Shown here: positions 1 to 9,185 of the stretch, in pieces
Layout: each line of letters opens with the position of its first letter
How positions within the stretch are numbered: position 1 is the first letter of the stretch
From: Roseibacillus sp.
Lineage (GTDB): Bacteria > Verrucomicrobiota > Verrucomicrobiia > Verrucomicrobiales > Akkermansiaceae
Direction of reading: 5' to 3'
Length of the DNA stretch: 64,000 nucleotides
Assembly (NCBI GenBank): GCA_051251855.1
Contig: JBPOGI010000001.1
Location: forward strand, 832,001-896,000
Translations under genes and position numbers: made by a program
The notes under the pieces: generated by a model
The model's input: only the letters and a program-made list of their open reading frames with translations
Database searches by the model: none
What the model was told of the DNA's origin: nothing

Positions 1-570
1 GTAGGCACCTTTGTGGCTCGGGATTACGCGGTCTTTCCGATCTTTCCATGGGTGGGATATTCGTTGATGGGGGGAGCGTTGGGGGTGTTGGCTTGGAAGA
101 CGAAGTGGTATCGCAGGCCTCGGTATTTTGGGGTGCTGATGGGAGTTGGGGTGATTTTAATGGCTGGGAATCAGTGGATAACGGCAGGTTTTTGGTCAGT
201 GATGGGTGCACTGAGTCCTGAGGATTTGAGGCAGTTTGCAGGCCGCTACTGGCGTGCGGGGGAGGTGCTCTTTTTTACGGGGTTGGTGGGTTTGGTTTGT
301 TACGGAATCACGCGCAAGAAATGGGAGGAGAGGCTGCCGGTGCGAATCTTGACGACATGTGGAAAGGAGACGCTCACGATCTACTTTTTGCATGTGTTCG
401 TGGTCTATAGTGTCGTTTTTGGGGTGGGCTTGAGTGTCTTTTTTAAGAGAGAGTTTGGTCCTTGGGGGGCGGTTGGGACGGCGCTCTTGGTGCAGGGGAG
501 CTTCATTTTGCTGGCGATGAATCTGCAAAAATTGCGGAAGGCTTGGCCTTGGTTGCGACTTTTGCGGTAG
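1..570 (+). CDS. 5'-truncated multi-TM membrane protein, DUF1624/heparan-alpha-glucosaminide N-acetyltransferase-like
   Basis: Frame is open from base 1; hydrophobic; contains FPIFPWVGY and GKETLTIYFLH motifs typical of this family. Confidence 0.55.
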   Translation, partial: VGTFVARDYAVFPIFPWVGYSLMGGALGVLAWKTKWYRRPRYFGVLMGVGVILMAGNQWITAGFWSVMGALSPEDLRQFAGRYWRAGEVLFFTGLVGLVCYGITRKKWEERLPVRILTTCGKETLTIYFLHVFVVYSVVFGVGLSVFFKREFGPWGAVGTALLVQGSFILLAMNLQKLRKAWPWLRLLR

Positions 571-609
571 ATTATTGACCGGAGGTGGTTGCGCGGCTAC
601 TCAGAGGGC

Positions 610-1599
610 GTGAAGGATGCCATTACAGTTTCAGTGACAGGTGCAGCGGGCCAAATCGGATACGCGCTGCTTTTTCGTATTGCGAGCGGAGCGATGTTCG
701 GTCCCGACCAACCGGTGAAGCTTCGTCTCATCGAAATCGAGCCGGGGATGGCTGCTTTGGAAGGAGTCATTATGGAGTTGGATGACTGCGCGTTTCCGCT
801 TTTGCAGGGGATTCACGGGACTTCTGATTTGGAGGACGGTTTCAGCGGTGCCAATTGGGCTCTTCTCGTGGGCTCGGTTCCGCGCAAAGACGGTATGGAG
901 CGCGCGGACCTGCTGGGTATCAACGGTAAAATTTTCACGGGGCAGGGACAGGCGATTGCCAAGACTGCTGCCAGCAACGTGCGCACTCTCGTGGTAGGTA
1001 ACCCTTGCAATACCAATGCTCTCATCGCGATGAACAATTCGGAAGGAGTTCCCAATGAGCAATTTTTTGCCATGACTCGTCTCGACGAGAATCGTGCTAA
1101 GAGTCAGCTGGCGGCCAAGGCTGGGGTTCATTCTAGTGACGTGACCAATCTTTGTATTTGGGGGAACCACTCCGCGACGCAGTATCCCGATTTCACGAAT
1201 GCGAAGATTAAGGGACAGCCAGTCACCGAGGTCATCACAGACCAAGCTTGGTTGGAAGGGGAGTTCATCTCCACCGTTCAGAAGCGGGGGGCGGCGATCA
1301 TTAAGGCACGTGGCCTCAGTTCTGCGGCTTCTGCGGCCAATGCTGTTGTCGATACGGTGGCGAGCTTGACGAACGAGACTCCTGCCGGCGATTGGCACTC
1401 GGTAGCGGTTTGTTCTCCGGGCGCTTATGGAATCGAGAAGGGCTTGATGGCTTCGATGCCGATTCGCACCAATGCCGACGGTTCTTGGAGCGTGGTTGAG
1501 GGGGTGCCTGTGAATGAGTTTTCTCAAGGCAAGATTGACGCTACCATCAATGAGCTTCTTGAGGAGCGCGAAGCGGTCAAAGGACTCATTCCCGCGTAG
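610..1599 (+). CDS. mdh: malate dehydrogenase (type 2)
   Basis: [11 protein letters not shown]ossmann motif, [29 protein letters not shown]; start placed at in-frame GTG 610 (ORF track gives 589). Confidence 0.96.
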   Translation: MKDAITVSVTGAAGQIGYALLFRIASGAMFGPDQPVKLRLIEIEPGMAALEGVIMELDDCAFPLLQGIHGTSDLEDGFSGANWALLVGSVPRKDGMERADLLGINGKIFTGQGQAIAKTAASNVRTLVVGNPCNTNALIAMNNSEGVPNEQFFAMTRLDENRAKSQLAAKAGVHSSDVTNLCIWGNHSATQYPDFTNAKIKGQPVTEVITDQAWLEGEFISTVQKRGAAIIKARGLSSAASAANAVVDTVASLTNETPAGDWHSVAVCSPGAYGIEKGLMASMPIRTNADGSWSVVEGVPVNEFSQGKIDATINELLEEREAVKGLIPA

Positions 1600-1608
1600 T
1601 AATATTTG

Positions 1609-2391
1609 ATGACCGATCCATTGGTGATTGCAGGGCGTGAATTTGGTTCGCGCCTGATGTTAGGGACGGGGAAGTTTGGTTCTCCCGAGGCGATGAAGCA
1701 GGCGTTGGAAGCCAGCGGAACGGAAATCGTGACGGTGGCTCTTCGGCGGGCCAATCTGTCGGGGGAGAAGGATCCGTTTGCTGATATTCTGGAGCATGTC
1801 GATCCTGAGAAGTATCTTGTGCTCGCGAATACGAGCGGAGCGATGAATGCCGAGGAGGCGGTGCGACTGGCAAAACTAGCGGCTGCCGCGGGATTGCCGA
1901 AGTGGATCAAGTTAGAGATACACCCTGATCCGAATTACTTGTTGCCGGATCCAATTGAGACTTTGAAGGCCGCTGAGGAGTTGGTGAAGGATGGTTTTGT
2001 TGTTCTGCCCTATATCAATGCTGATCCTGTTTTGGCGAAGCGTTTGCAAGAAGTGGGAACGGCGACGGTGATGCCTTTGGGAGCTCCGATTGGTTCGAAC
2101 CGTGGAATTTCGACGCGAGATCAAGTTCGTATCATTATTGAGCAGGCGACGGTTCCTGTTGTGGTTGATGCTGGGCTCGGTGTTCCTAGTCATGCGGCGG
2201 AAGCGATGGAGTTGGGGGCAGATGCGGTTCTTGTGAATACGGCCATTGCTGTGGCAAGTGACCCTTCTGGAATGGGTAAGGCGTTTGCGATGGCGACGGA
2301 GGCGGGTCGGATGGCCTACCAAATGGGTTTGCCTGAACAACTCGATAGTGCGGAGGCGACCAGCCCTTTGACGGGGTTCTTGCAGGGTTAA
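1609..2391 (+). CDS. thiG: thiazole synthase
   Basis: [47 protein letters not shown]-terminal ATSPLTGFL. Confidence 0.96.
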   Translation: MTDPLVIAGREFGSRLMLGTGKFGSPEAMKQALEASGTEIVTVALRRANLSGEKDPFADILEHVDPEKYLVLANTSGAMNAEEAVRLAKLAAAAGLPKWIKLEIHPDPNYLLPDPIETLKAAEELVKDGFVVLPYINADPVLAKRLQEVGTATVMPLGAPIGSNRGISTRDQVRIIIEQATVPVVVDAGLGVPSHAAEAMELGADAVLVNTAIAVASDPSGMGKAFAMATEAGRMAYQMGLPEQLDSAEATSPLTGFLQG

Positions 2392-2442
2392 GTTACCAAG
2401 TGGTAAGTTACCAAGTGGTGAGTTACCGAGTGGTGAATTAAC
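2391..2442. repeat. 15-bp tandem repeat, 3 copies plus a partial one, each containing the palindrome TTACC-N4-GGT(A/G)A
   Basis: AGTTACCAAGTGGTA (2391-2405), AGTTACCAAGTGGTG (2406-2420), AGTTACCGAGTGGTG (2421-2435), then AATTAAC. Confidence 0.92.
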
Positions 2443-2478
2443 TTGTCTTCGTGAAGGCGTCCTTTACCGTTTGGTAAA
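2443..2478 (+). promoter_or_regulatory. putative sigma70 promoter (TTGTCT-N16-TACCGT) overlapped by operator-like palindrome TTTACC-GTTT-GGTAAA
   Basis: -35 at 2443-2448 and -10 at 2465-2470; palindrome at 2463-2478 has the same core as the upstream array and ends 7 nt before ATG 2486. Confidence 0.55.
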
Positions 2479-2485
2479 TTGCTCG

Positions 2486-3616
2486 ATGGAAAACGAAGAA
2501 CTTAATCCCTTTCTTTTTGGTAGCGTGGTTCGTGAGGTGAACTACTGTCTGCGGGCTCCGTTACAAAAGTCTATCCACGACCGATTGCGTTCAGGACAGA
2601 ACCTTTATTTGGTCGGTCCGCGGCGAGTCGGAAAGACCTCACTGGTGGAGAGAATCGCGGAGCGGCACTTTAAGAAGCGTTATTTTAGGGTCGATTTCAT
2701 GACGGTGAAGACCGCGGAAGAGGCTACGGAGTGGATTCTCAATGCTTGGCTGAGCTATGAGCGGGCCCACAAGCGAGTTAACGCGGCGATGGAGTTTCTG
2801 ACCTCGCTCAATCTTGATGTCTCTATTTTGGGGAATCGGGTGAAGGTCGCTCCCGGAGAGCGTCTCAACCGACTGACTTTTGATACTCTCTTTGCGCAAT
2901 TGGATCGGAAGCCTAAGAAAAATGAGGCTCCGATGTTAATTTTCTTCGACGAGTTTCAATCTTTGTTAGAGCTTGAGCAAGAGGAGCGCTTTGCCTTTTT
3001 AGGGAAGCTGCGAAAGGGGATTCAGCATCTCAAGCATGTTCGGGTGGTTTACGCAGGGAGTGTTGCTCACGCAGTGCAGGAGATTTTTCAAAGCACGGAT
3101 AGCCCCTTTTATAACGCTGCGGAGGCTGTCGACGTCGGGCCCATTGAGCCCGCGAAGAAGTTCCGAGCCTTTCTCACTGCTAAGTTTTTGGATGGCGGGA
3201 GAACACCTGGAGAGGGGTTTTGGGAAGAGGTGGAGACGATTACGGCTCGGATTCCGAGTGATATGCAGCGTCTTTGTGCGGCTGTCTGGGAGACGACACG
3301 TCGGGGGCAGTCCTTGGGGAATCCAGAAATCGAAAACGCGTTGGAGAGAATATTTGGGCACGAGCAATGGATGAATCAATCCATCATTGAGCATTCGACC
3401 GCGATTCAGAAGAAGTGCCTCAAAGGAATTGCCGATTTTGGAGGGAAGAGCCCGACCTCACTCGCCTTTCTTGAAAAGGTCAGACACAAGAGTGGCTCTG
3501 GAGTGCTGAAGGCTCTGGGTTCCTATGTGAAATCGGGGGTTCTCTACAAAAGGGAGTCGGAATTCGTGTTTTCTAATCCGTTCCTTCGTGAATGGTTGAT
3601 TCGGAGGGATGTTTGA
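2486..3616 (+). CDS. AAA/archaeal-type P-loop ATPase with probable C-terminal winged helix
   Basis: N-terminal NPF, Walker A GPRRVGKTS, Walker B IFFDEFQ, YAGS sensor, SPFY; C-terminal ALGSYVKSGVLYK...FSNPFLREWL resembles a wHTH. Confidence 0.8.
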   Translation: MENEELNPFLFGSVVREVNYCLRAPLQKSIHDRLRSGQNLYLVGPRRVGKTSLVERIAERHFKKRYFRVDFMTVKTAEEATEWILNAWLSYERAHKRVNAAMEFLTSLNLDVSILGNRVKVAPGERLNRLTFDTLFAQLDRKPKKNEAPMLIFFDEFQSLLELEQEERFAFLGKLRKGIQHLKHVRVVYAGSVAHAVQEIFQSTDSPFYNAAEAVDVGPIEPAKKFRAFLTAKFLDGGRTPGEGFWEEVETITARIPSDMQRLCAAVWETTRRGQSLGNPEIENALERIFGHEQWMNQSIIEHSTAIQKKCLKGIADFGGKSPTSLAFLEKVRHKSGSGVLKALGSYVKSGVLYKRESEFVFSNPFLREWLIRRDV

Positions 3617-3625
3617 GGTCGTTGG

Positions 3626-4198
3626 CTAGTCGTTAGACTTTTTAAAATCCTCCCAAATGGCGGGGGTGTCGATGTCCCAGATGGCTTCGGGGATGGGGAG
3701 GATAGCTGTCTCGGTTGAGTATTCCTCGGTGAGTTGTTTGGCACCTTGATCCCCGGTGAGTTGACAGAGAGCGGTGAAGTGTTTGCGGGCGAATAGGGCG
3801 GGTGGGCCGGAGTGTTCGCCACTGTGGGAGAGGACGATTGTTTTCTCTGGGGAGAGGGTGGAGTGGAGAGAACGGAGGTTTTCGGTGGTGATAGCGGGTT
3901 GGTCTGGGAAAAGGACGGTGATAGATTGGGTATCTTGATTCGTTAGTTGTTGGGCGGCAAGAGCGAGGGAGGTTCCCATGCCGAGATGGTGGTTGGGGTT
4001 GGGGAGGCTCTGGGCGTAATCGGGGAGAGGGAGGTTGGCGTGGGGGGCAGCGACGACGAGGATGGGGTGATGGTTGGACTCGTGCGCGATGCGGCAGGCG
4101 CGATGAAGAAGGGTTTCGCCCTGCCACTGGAGGAGGGGCTTGGGTTGGCCGAAACGGCGTGAGCTGCCGGCGGCGAGAATGACGGCGGCGGTTTTCAT
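3626..4198 (-). CDS. mocA: molybdenum cofactor cytidylyltransferase-like nucleotidyltransferase
   Basis: ILAAGSSRRFGQPK, GMGTSL, DQP, PPALF, GDQGA, DIDTP; last gene of the molybdoenzyme operon. Confidence 0.85.
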   Translation of the reverse strand: MKTAAVILAAGSSRRFGQPKPLLQWQGETLLHRACRIAHESNHHPILVVAAPHANLPLPDYAQSLPNPNHHLGMGTSLALAAQQLTNQDTQSITVLFPDQPAITTENLRSLHSTLSPEKTIVLSHSGEHSGPPALFARKHFTALCQLTGDQGAKQLTEEYSTETAILPIPEAIWDIDTPAIWEDFKKSND

Positions 4199-5145
4199 AT
4201 GGAAGAGATCGGGCTGTGGATATTGAGGAGGCGGTCGCGGAGGAAGCCGCCTTGGCGTTGATTGAGGGAAGCCTGGATTTCGGCGACGATAGCGAGGGCA
4301 ATGGAGTTGGGGTGGCTGGCTCCGATATCGAGGCCGACCGGGGCGTGGAAGCGGGCGATGGCGGCTTGATTTTCTAAGAGGCCGAGTTCGCCGAGCTCAC
4401 TGAGGAGGGTTTCGCGGCGGCGCTTGGAGCCGAGAAGGCCCAGGTAGCCGTAGTTGGCGGGGAAGAGTTCTTTGAGGTAAGCTAGGTCGGTGGCGAGATG
4501 GTGGGTCATGACCAATGCGGCCGTTTGCGAATCGGGGGGGAGTTTGTTGAGGAGTTCGCTGGGGGAGAGGCTGGTGAGTAGTTCGCTTGCGGTGATTGGA
4601 GTTTCGGCAGCGAGTCGGGCGTCAGGGACAATGCGATGGCATTGCCAGCCGAGGGTGTTGGCGAAGGCGAAGACGGGGTTGAGGTCGGAGGTGCTACCGA
4701 TGGCGATGAGGCGGATGGGTGGGCTGACCTGTTCGCAGTAGCCTTCGTCTTTGGCGTGGTGAGTGAGGGTTGTTTGCTGAGAGTTTGTAACAAGGGTGAA
4801 GGACTGGCGTTGATTGAGACGCTTGTCGATATCATCTAACAAATCGAAATTGGGGAGAGCTTCGGTGAATATCTTGAGGGTGCCGGGACAGCCGAAATGG
4901 GGGCGGGTGTCGATGTTCTCGGTGTGGGGAATGCCGGTGGAGATGACTTTGCGCGCTTGGTGCGCGATTCCTTCTTCGAGACAGCCTCCGCTGAGAGAGC
5001 CAGAGTATTCGCCATTCTCGGTGATGAGAAGGCGAGCCCCGGGCGTGCGATAGCTGGAGCCTTCGCGACCGACAAGGGTGGCGAGGGCGAGTTTTTTCTC
5101 TCGGTGTTTTTTAGCGAAGCCGAGAATCAGGGGCCAGTCGCTCAT
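4195..5145 (-). CDS. xdhC: XdhC/CoxI family Mo-cofactor maturation chaperone
   Basis: EGSSYRTPGARL, GSLSGGCLE, GCPG, YLGLLGSKRR, HAPVGLDIGA, IALAIVAEI; ATGA overlap with the upstream gene. Confidence 0.9.
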   Translation of the reverse strand: MSDWPLILGFAKKHREKKLALATLVGREGSSYRTPGARLLITENGEYSGSLSGGCLEEGIAHQARKVISTGIPHTENIDTRPHFGCPGTLKIFTEALPNFDLLDDIDKRLNQRQSFTLVTNSQQTTLTHHAKDEGYCEQVSPPIRLIAIGSTSDLNPVFAFANTLGWQCHRIVPDARLAAETPITASELLTSLSPSELLNKLPPDSQTAALVMTHHLATDLAYLKELFPANYGYLGLLGSKRRRETLLSELGELGLLENQAAIARFHAPVGLDIGASHPNSIALAIVAEIQASLNQRQGGFLRDRLLNIHSPISSI

Positions 5146-7262
5146 GCCTTCCAAGAGAGGTCGTTGTCGCGAATAGGAAGCTTGCGGACGCGCACTCCGG
5201 TGGCGGCGAAGATGGCGTTACAGATAGCGGGTGCGGTCGGTGGAAGGGCGGGTTCGCCGAGTCCGGTGGGTGGGTTGTCAGACTCGATGAAGTGACAATC
5301 GACCTTGGGGGCTTGGTTGATGCGCAGCACGGGGTAGGTCGGGAAGTTGGTGTTGGTGACTGCGCCTTCCTTGATGTCCATTTTTTGGAACCATGCGGTG
5401 CTGAGTCCGTCGAGCATGGAGCCTTCTACTTGGTTTTCGGCACCGCTGAGGTTCATGATGGGGCCGACGTCGCTGGCGGCAGTGAGGCGGTGGATGGTGA
5501 GCTCTCCCGCGGTGCTGACTTCGACTTCGGCGACCACTGCGACGTAACCGCGATGGCTGTAGTGGAAGGCGATGCCGCGTCCTTTTCCTTTCGGGAGCTT
5601 TTCGTTCCAGTTCGATTTTTGGGCGGCGAGTTTGACGACGCCAGTCATGCGGTCGTTGTCGTAGTTGCCTTTTTTCTTTGATGCGAGAAGGTCGATCTTG
5701 AAGTTGAGGGGGTCTTGCTTGGCCTGATGGGCAAGCTCGTCGATGAAGCCCTGAATCGCGAAGGCGAGGGCACAGGAGCCGGGAGCGCGCCACCAGCCCA
5801 TGGGGATGTTGGTGGGGAGGATGCTTTGATTCGTGCTATGTTCTGAGACGAATCCGTTTGGGAATTCACCAGATTTCATATTGGCTCCGTTGCCTGTTTT
5901 GGAATCGCTATTGAGTCCAAGGGTGACGAAGTGATCATGCCAATGGGTGATTCGGCCTTTGTCGTTAAGTTTGCCTGAGAAGCGGTGCCAGCCTGCGGGA
6001 CGGTAGAGGTCGTGGGCGAGGTCTTGTTCGCGGGTCCAAGTGAGCTTGATGGGGGTGCCGGGGACTTTCATGGCGATAGCGGCGCATTCGACCATAAAGT
6101 CAACGAAAAGACGGCGACCGAAGCCTCCCCCGATGCGGGTCATGTGAATGGTGATGTCTTCTTCGCTCAGCTTGAGGTCGGACTTGATTTGCTTGAAGGC
6201 CGAGCCGGGGTTTTGGGTGGGAGCCCACATCTCGAGTTTGCCGTCTTGGTAAGTGGCGGTGCAATTCTGTGGTTCTAGCGTATTGTGAGCGACGTGGGGG
6301 TATTCGTAGAAGGCTTCGAGGTCGGGCTCGAAGTCGATTTCACTTTCCTTGCTTTTTTTGACAGCGGTAGCGGTGAGCTTGATTGAATCATCGTTCCCTT
6401 GGGAAGGGATGTTCCATTCAACTTTGAGCGCTTTCATGGCCTGCATCGCTTGCCAAGTGGAGTCGGCAATGATGGCGATGCCGGGGAGAAGCCCCGAGTG
6501 GTTTTGGGTGCCTTCGATGATGAAGGCGTCGTTGACTCCTGAGAGAGCTTTGACTTCGTCGAGGTTGGCTGATTTGACCGATCCGGTGAAGACGGGGCAG
6601 CGTAGGTAACTGGCAAACTTCATGCCTTCGATTTGCTGGTCGATACCGAAAAGAGGCTCGCCGGTGACGATGGCTTGGTTATCGACACCTCCGATACGAC
6701 GGCCCAGAATCTTGAAATCGGCGGGGTCTTTGAGGATAACGTCTTTGGGCTTGGGTGGAGAGAGCTTGGAGGCGGTCTCGGCCAATTCGGCGTAGGTGAG
6801 CTGGCGCCCGTCGCTGTGGGTGACGATGGCGTTGGCTGCGGTGCATTTTGAGGGGTCTGTTTTCCAAATCTGAGCGGCGGCTTCGACGAGGAGGTGTCGG
6901 GCGGCGGCGCCAAGCTTTCGGAGTGGTTGGTAGTTGGAAGGGGTCGAGTTGCTTCCGCCGGCGGCTTGACCTCCAAAGGTTTTTTGGTCCACGGGGGCCT
7001 GCTCGACGGTGACGGATTCCCAAGGGACTTCGAGTTCCTCGGCGATGATCATGGGAAGGGAGGTTTTGACGCCTTGGCCGATCTCGGGCTTGTGGGCCAT
7101 GAGGGTGATCTCGCCAGTGCTGGTGATTTGGATAAAGGCCGAGGGCGAAAAAATGGCTCCGGGTTTGGTGGAGTCGGCGTGAGCGGGGAGCCCGAGGAGG
7201 AAGCCGCCTCCTGCGAGAGAGGTGAGTTTGAAAAAGTCGCGGCGTGGGAGGGAGGTCTTCAT
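5142..7262 (-). CDS. iorB: xanthine dehydrogenase family molybdopterin-binding subunit (IorB-like), Tat-exported
   Basis: Tat motif [60 protein letters not shown]. Confidence 0.9.
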   Translation of the reverse strand: MKTSLPRRDFFKLTSLAGGGFLLGLPAHADSTKPGAIFSPSAFIQITSTGEITLMAHKPEIGQGVKTSLPMIIAEELEVPWESVTVEQAPVDQKTFGGQAAGGSNSTPSNYQPLRKLGAAARHLLVEAAAQIWKTDPSKCTAANAIVTHSDGRQLTYAELAETASKLSPPKPKDVILKDPADFKILGRRIGGVDNQAIVTGEPLFGIDQQIEGMKFASYLRCPVFTGSVKSANLDEVKALSGVNDAFIIEGTQNHSGLLPGIAIIADSTWQAMQAMKALKVEWNIPSQGNDDSIKLTATAVKKSKESEIDFEPDLEAFYEYPHVAHNTLEPQNCTATYQDGKLEMWAPTQNPGSAFKQIKSDLKLSEEDITIHMTRIGGGFGRRLFVDFMVECAAIAMKVPGTPIKLTWTREQDLAHDLYRPAGWHRFSGKLNDKGRITHWHDHFVTLGLNSDSKTGNGANMKSGEFPNGFVSEHSTNQSILPTNIPMGWWRAPGSCALAFAIQGFIDELAHQAKQDPLNFKIDLLASKKKGNYDNDRMTGVVKLAAQKSNWNEKLPKGKGRGIAFHYSHRGYVAVVAEVEVSTAGELTIHRLTAASDVGPIMNLSGAENQVEGSMLDGLSTAWFQKMDIKEGAVTNTNFPTYPVLRINQAPKVDCHFIESDNPPTGLGEPALPPTAPAICNAIFAATGVRVRKLPIRDNDLSWKA

Positions 7263-7723
7263 TTTGCTGCGGTGGCGGTGGTTTTGATGGCTTGGCGGAT
7301 GCGCTTGTAAGTGGCACAGCGGCAGACATTTCCAGACATAGCGGTGTCGATAGCGTCGTCGTCGGGATTAGGGTTTTCTTTCAGGAGGGCGGCGGCGCTC
7401 ATGATTTGGCCCGACTGGCAGTAGCCGCATTGGGCGACGTCGAGGTCGCACCAAGTTTGTTGAAGGGGGGGAAGGGTGGCTTCTTGGGCGAGTCCTTCGA
7501 TGGTGGTGACTTCTTGATTTTCAACGGAGGAAACTGGGACGGAGCAGGAGCGAGCGGGTTTGCCGTCGAGGTGGATGGTGCAAGCGCCGCATTGGCCGAT
7601 GCCGCAGCCGTATTTGGTGCCACAGAGGCCGAGATGGTCGCGTAAAACCCACAACAGCGGGGTTTCAGGGTCGACTTCGACCTGATGGGCGGTGCCGTTA
7701 ATTTTGAGTGAGAGATTTGTCAT
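7259..7723 (-). CDS. iorA: 2[2Fe-2S] small subunit (IorA-like)
   Basis: [41 protein letters not shown]. Confidence 0.93.
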   Translation of the reverse strand: MTNLSLKINGTAHQVEVDPETPLLWVLRDHLGLCGTKYGCGIGQCGACTIHLDGKPARSCSVPVSSVENQEVTTIEGLAQEATLPPLQQTWCDLDVAQCGYCQSGQIMSAAALLKENPNPDDDAIDTAMSGNVCRCATYKRIRQAIKTTATAAK

Positions 7724-7904
7724 TGTGAGGAAAGACTTTTCGAGCGGATAAACTCTTAACAGATCACTGCCGGAGGAGGCAATCGGTTAACGGATAATCG
7801 TGAATGAGTGGCCCTTGGAGCAGTTTCCTCGTTTCCTGCCCTTCGCTCAGCATCTCTTTGCAAAGGTTTGACTGTTCTGCGGGCTGGGTTAAATAAGGGG
7901 CAAG

Positions 7905-9026
7905 ATGGATTTGACCAAAACTTGTTTCGGAAGCTGGAGCGGCGGACGCTTTATGCACTTTGGGGAAATGGTGAGCGAGGAGCGTTACCTCGATCTGATT
8001 CGCCGTTCCTTTGAAAAGGGGATTCGCACCTTCGTCACTGCCGATGTCTATGGGGCCGGCCGCGCTGATGAGATGTTGGGCAAGGCTCTCGCTGATTTCC
8101 CTCGCGAAGACTACTGCCTCGTCGGAATGCTGGGACATGATTTCTATAAAGGGGAACGCCAAGGGAGCGCCGGCTATCCTCGTTTTACGAATCCTGATCT
8201 CCATAGCGAAAAGGAATACGCTTCCTTCCTTCGCATGGCCTGTGAGAAATCTCTCGAGCGCTGCGGCACCAATCACTTCGATGTCGTGATGCTGCACAAT
8301 CCTGACGAAGCCGGTTACACCAGCGAGGCCGTTTGGGATGGGATGCGTCGTCTCAAGGATGAGGGGCTGACCGAACAACTGGGTCTTGCTCCGGGGCCTG
8401 CCAATGGGTTCACCCTCGATATGCTACATTGCTTCGAGCGCTTCGAGGAGGTGATGGATTGGGCCATGATTATTCTCAATCCCCTCGAGCCTTGGCCAGG
8501 GCAGCACGTGCTCAAAGGGGCGCTCAAGCATGACGTGAAGCTACTCACACGAGTGATCGATTACGGCGGAGTTTTCCACGGTGAAATGAAACCTGGGCAT
8601 GAGTTTCGTCCTGGTGATCACCGCGCCTATCGCCCAGAGGGTTGGGTTGAGCGTGGTTGTGAGCGTCTCGAAAAGATGCGCCCGTTGGCCGAAAAATATG
8701 GACTGACTCCCATTCAATTTGCAGCCATCTGGAACCTTTCGCAGAAGCCGGTTCAGAGTGTCGTTCCGACCTTCATTCAAGAAGCAGGCGAAGACGCGCG
8801 GCAGGTGGAGGAGCAAATCGACGACTTGGCTGCGATGCCGACGGATATCGTTTTCACCGCGGAAGAACTCGAAGAAATTCGAGTGATTGGAGACAACACT
8901 GGCTGCATGAAACTCAAGGGTGCGAGCCAGCGTCACGATGGTCCTTGTGAGAGACCGGATGAGTGGCCGATGCGTGAGGAGTTGTTAGAACTCGCCGACT
9001 CACTTGGAGTTGGACGGGAGTGGTAG
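7905..9026 (+). CDS. aldo/keto reductase family protein
   Basis: TFVTADVYGAG, CEKSLERCGT..D..MLHNPD, LAEKYGLTPIQFA. Confidence 0.8.
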   Translation: MDLTKTCFGSWSGGRFMHFGEMVSEERYLDLIRRSFEKGIRTFVTADVYGAGRADEMLGKALADFPREDYCLVGMLGHDFYKGERQGSAGYPRFTNPDLHSEKEYASFLRMACEKSLERCGTNHFDVVMLHNPDEAGYTSEAVWDGMRRLKDEGLTEQLGLAPGPANGFTLDMLHCFERFEEVMDWAMIILNPLEPWPGQHVLKGALKHDVKLLTRVIDYGGVFHGEMKPGHEFRPGDHRAYRPEGWVERGCERLEKMRPLAEKYGLTPIQFAAIWNLSQKPVQSVVPTFIQEAGEDARQVEEQIDDLAAMPTDIVFTAEELEEIRVIGDNTGCMKLKGASQRHDGPCERPDEWPMREELLELADSLGVGREW

Positions 9027-9085
9027 TGCTTTCTTAGCCGCAAAGAGGCGCCGAATTCGCAAAAATCGTAATGGCGTTTTTTTGT

Positions 9086-9164
9086 GTAGCCAAGTTGGTG
9101 ACAACTTGGGAGGGGCTGGTTTTGTTGGAGTCGAAGCAGCCCGAATTGTCACCAATTCGGCTAC
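9086..9164. repeat. REPIN-like element 1: two inverted 25-nt GTAG-type REPs with a 29-nt spacer
   Basis: GTAGCCAAGTTGGTGACAACTTGGG (9086-9110) and an inverted copy GTAGCCGAATTGGTGACAATTCGGG (9164-9140); lies between convergent genes. Confidence 0.85.
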
Positions 9165-9185
9165 GCTGAGTGGGGATGCTTGCTC

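Noticed and set aside
2391..2442. 15-bp array as a CRISPR array
   Set aside because: Units are contiguous with no unique spacers, too short, and there are no cas genes
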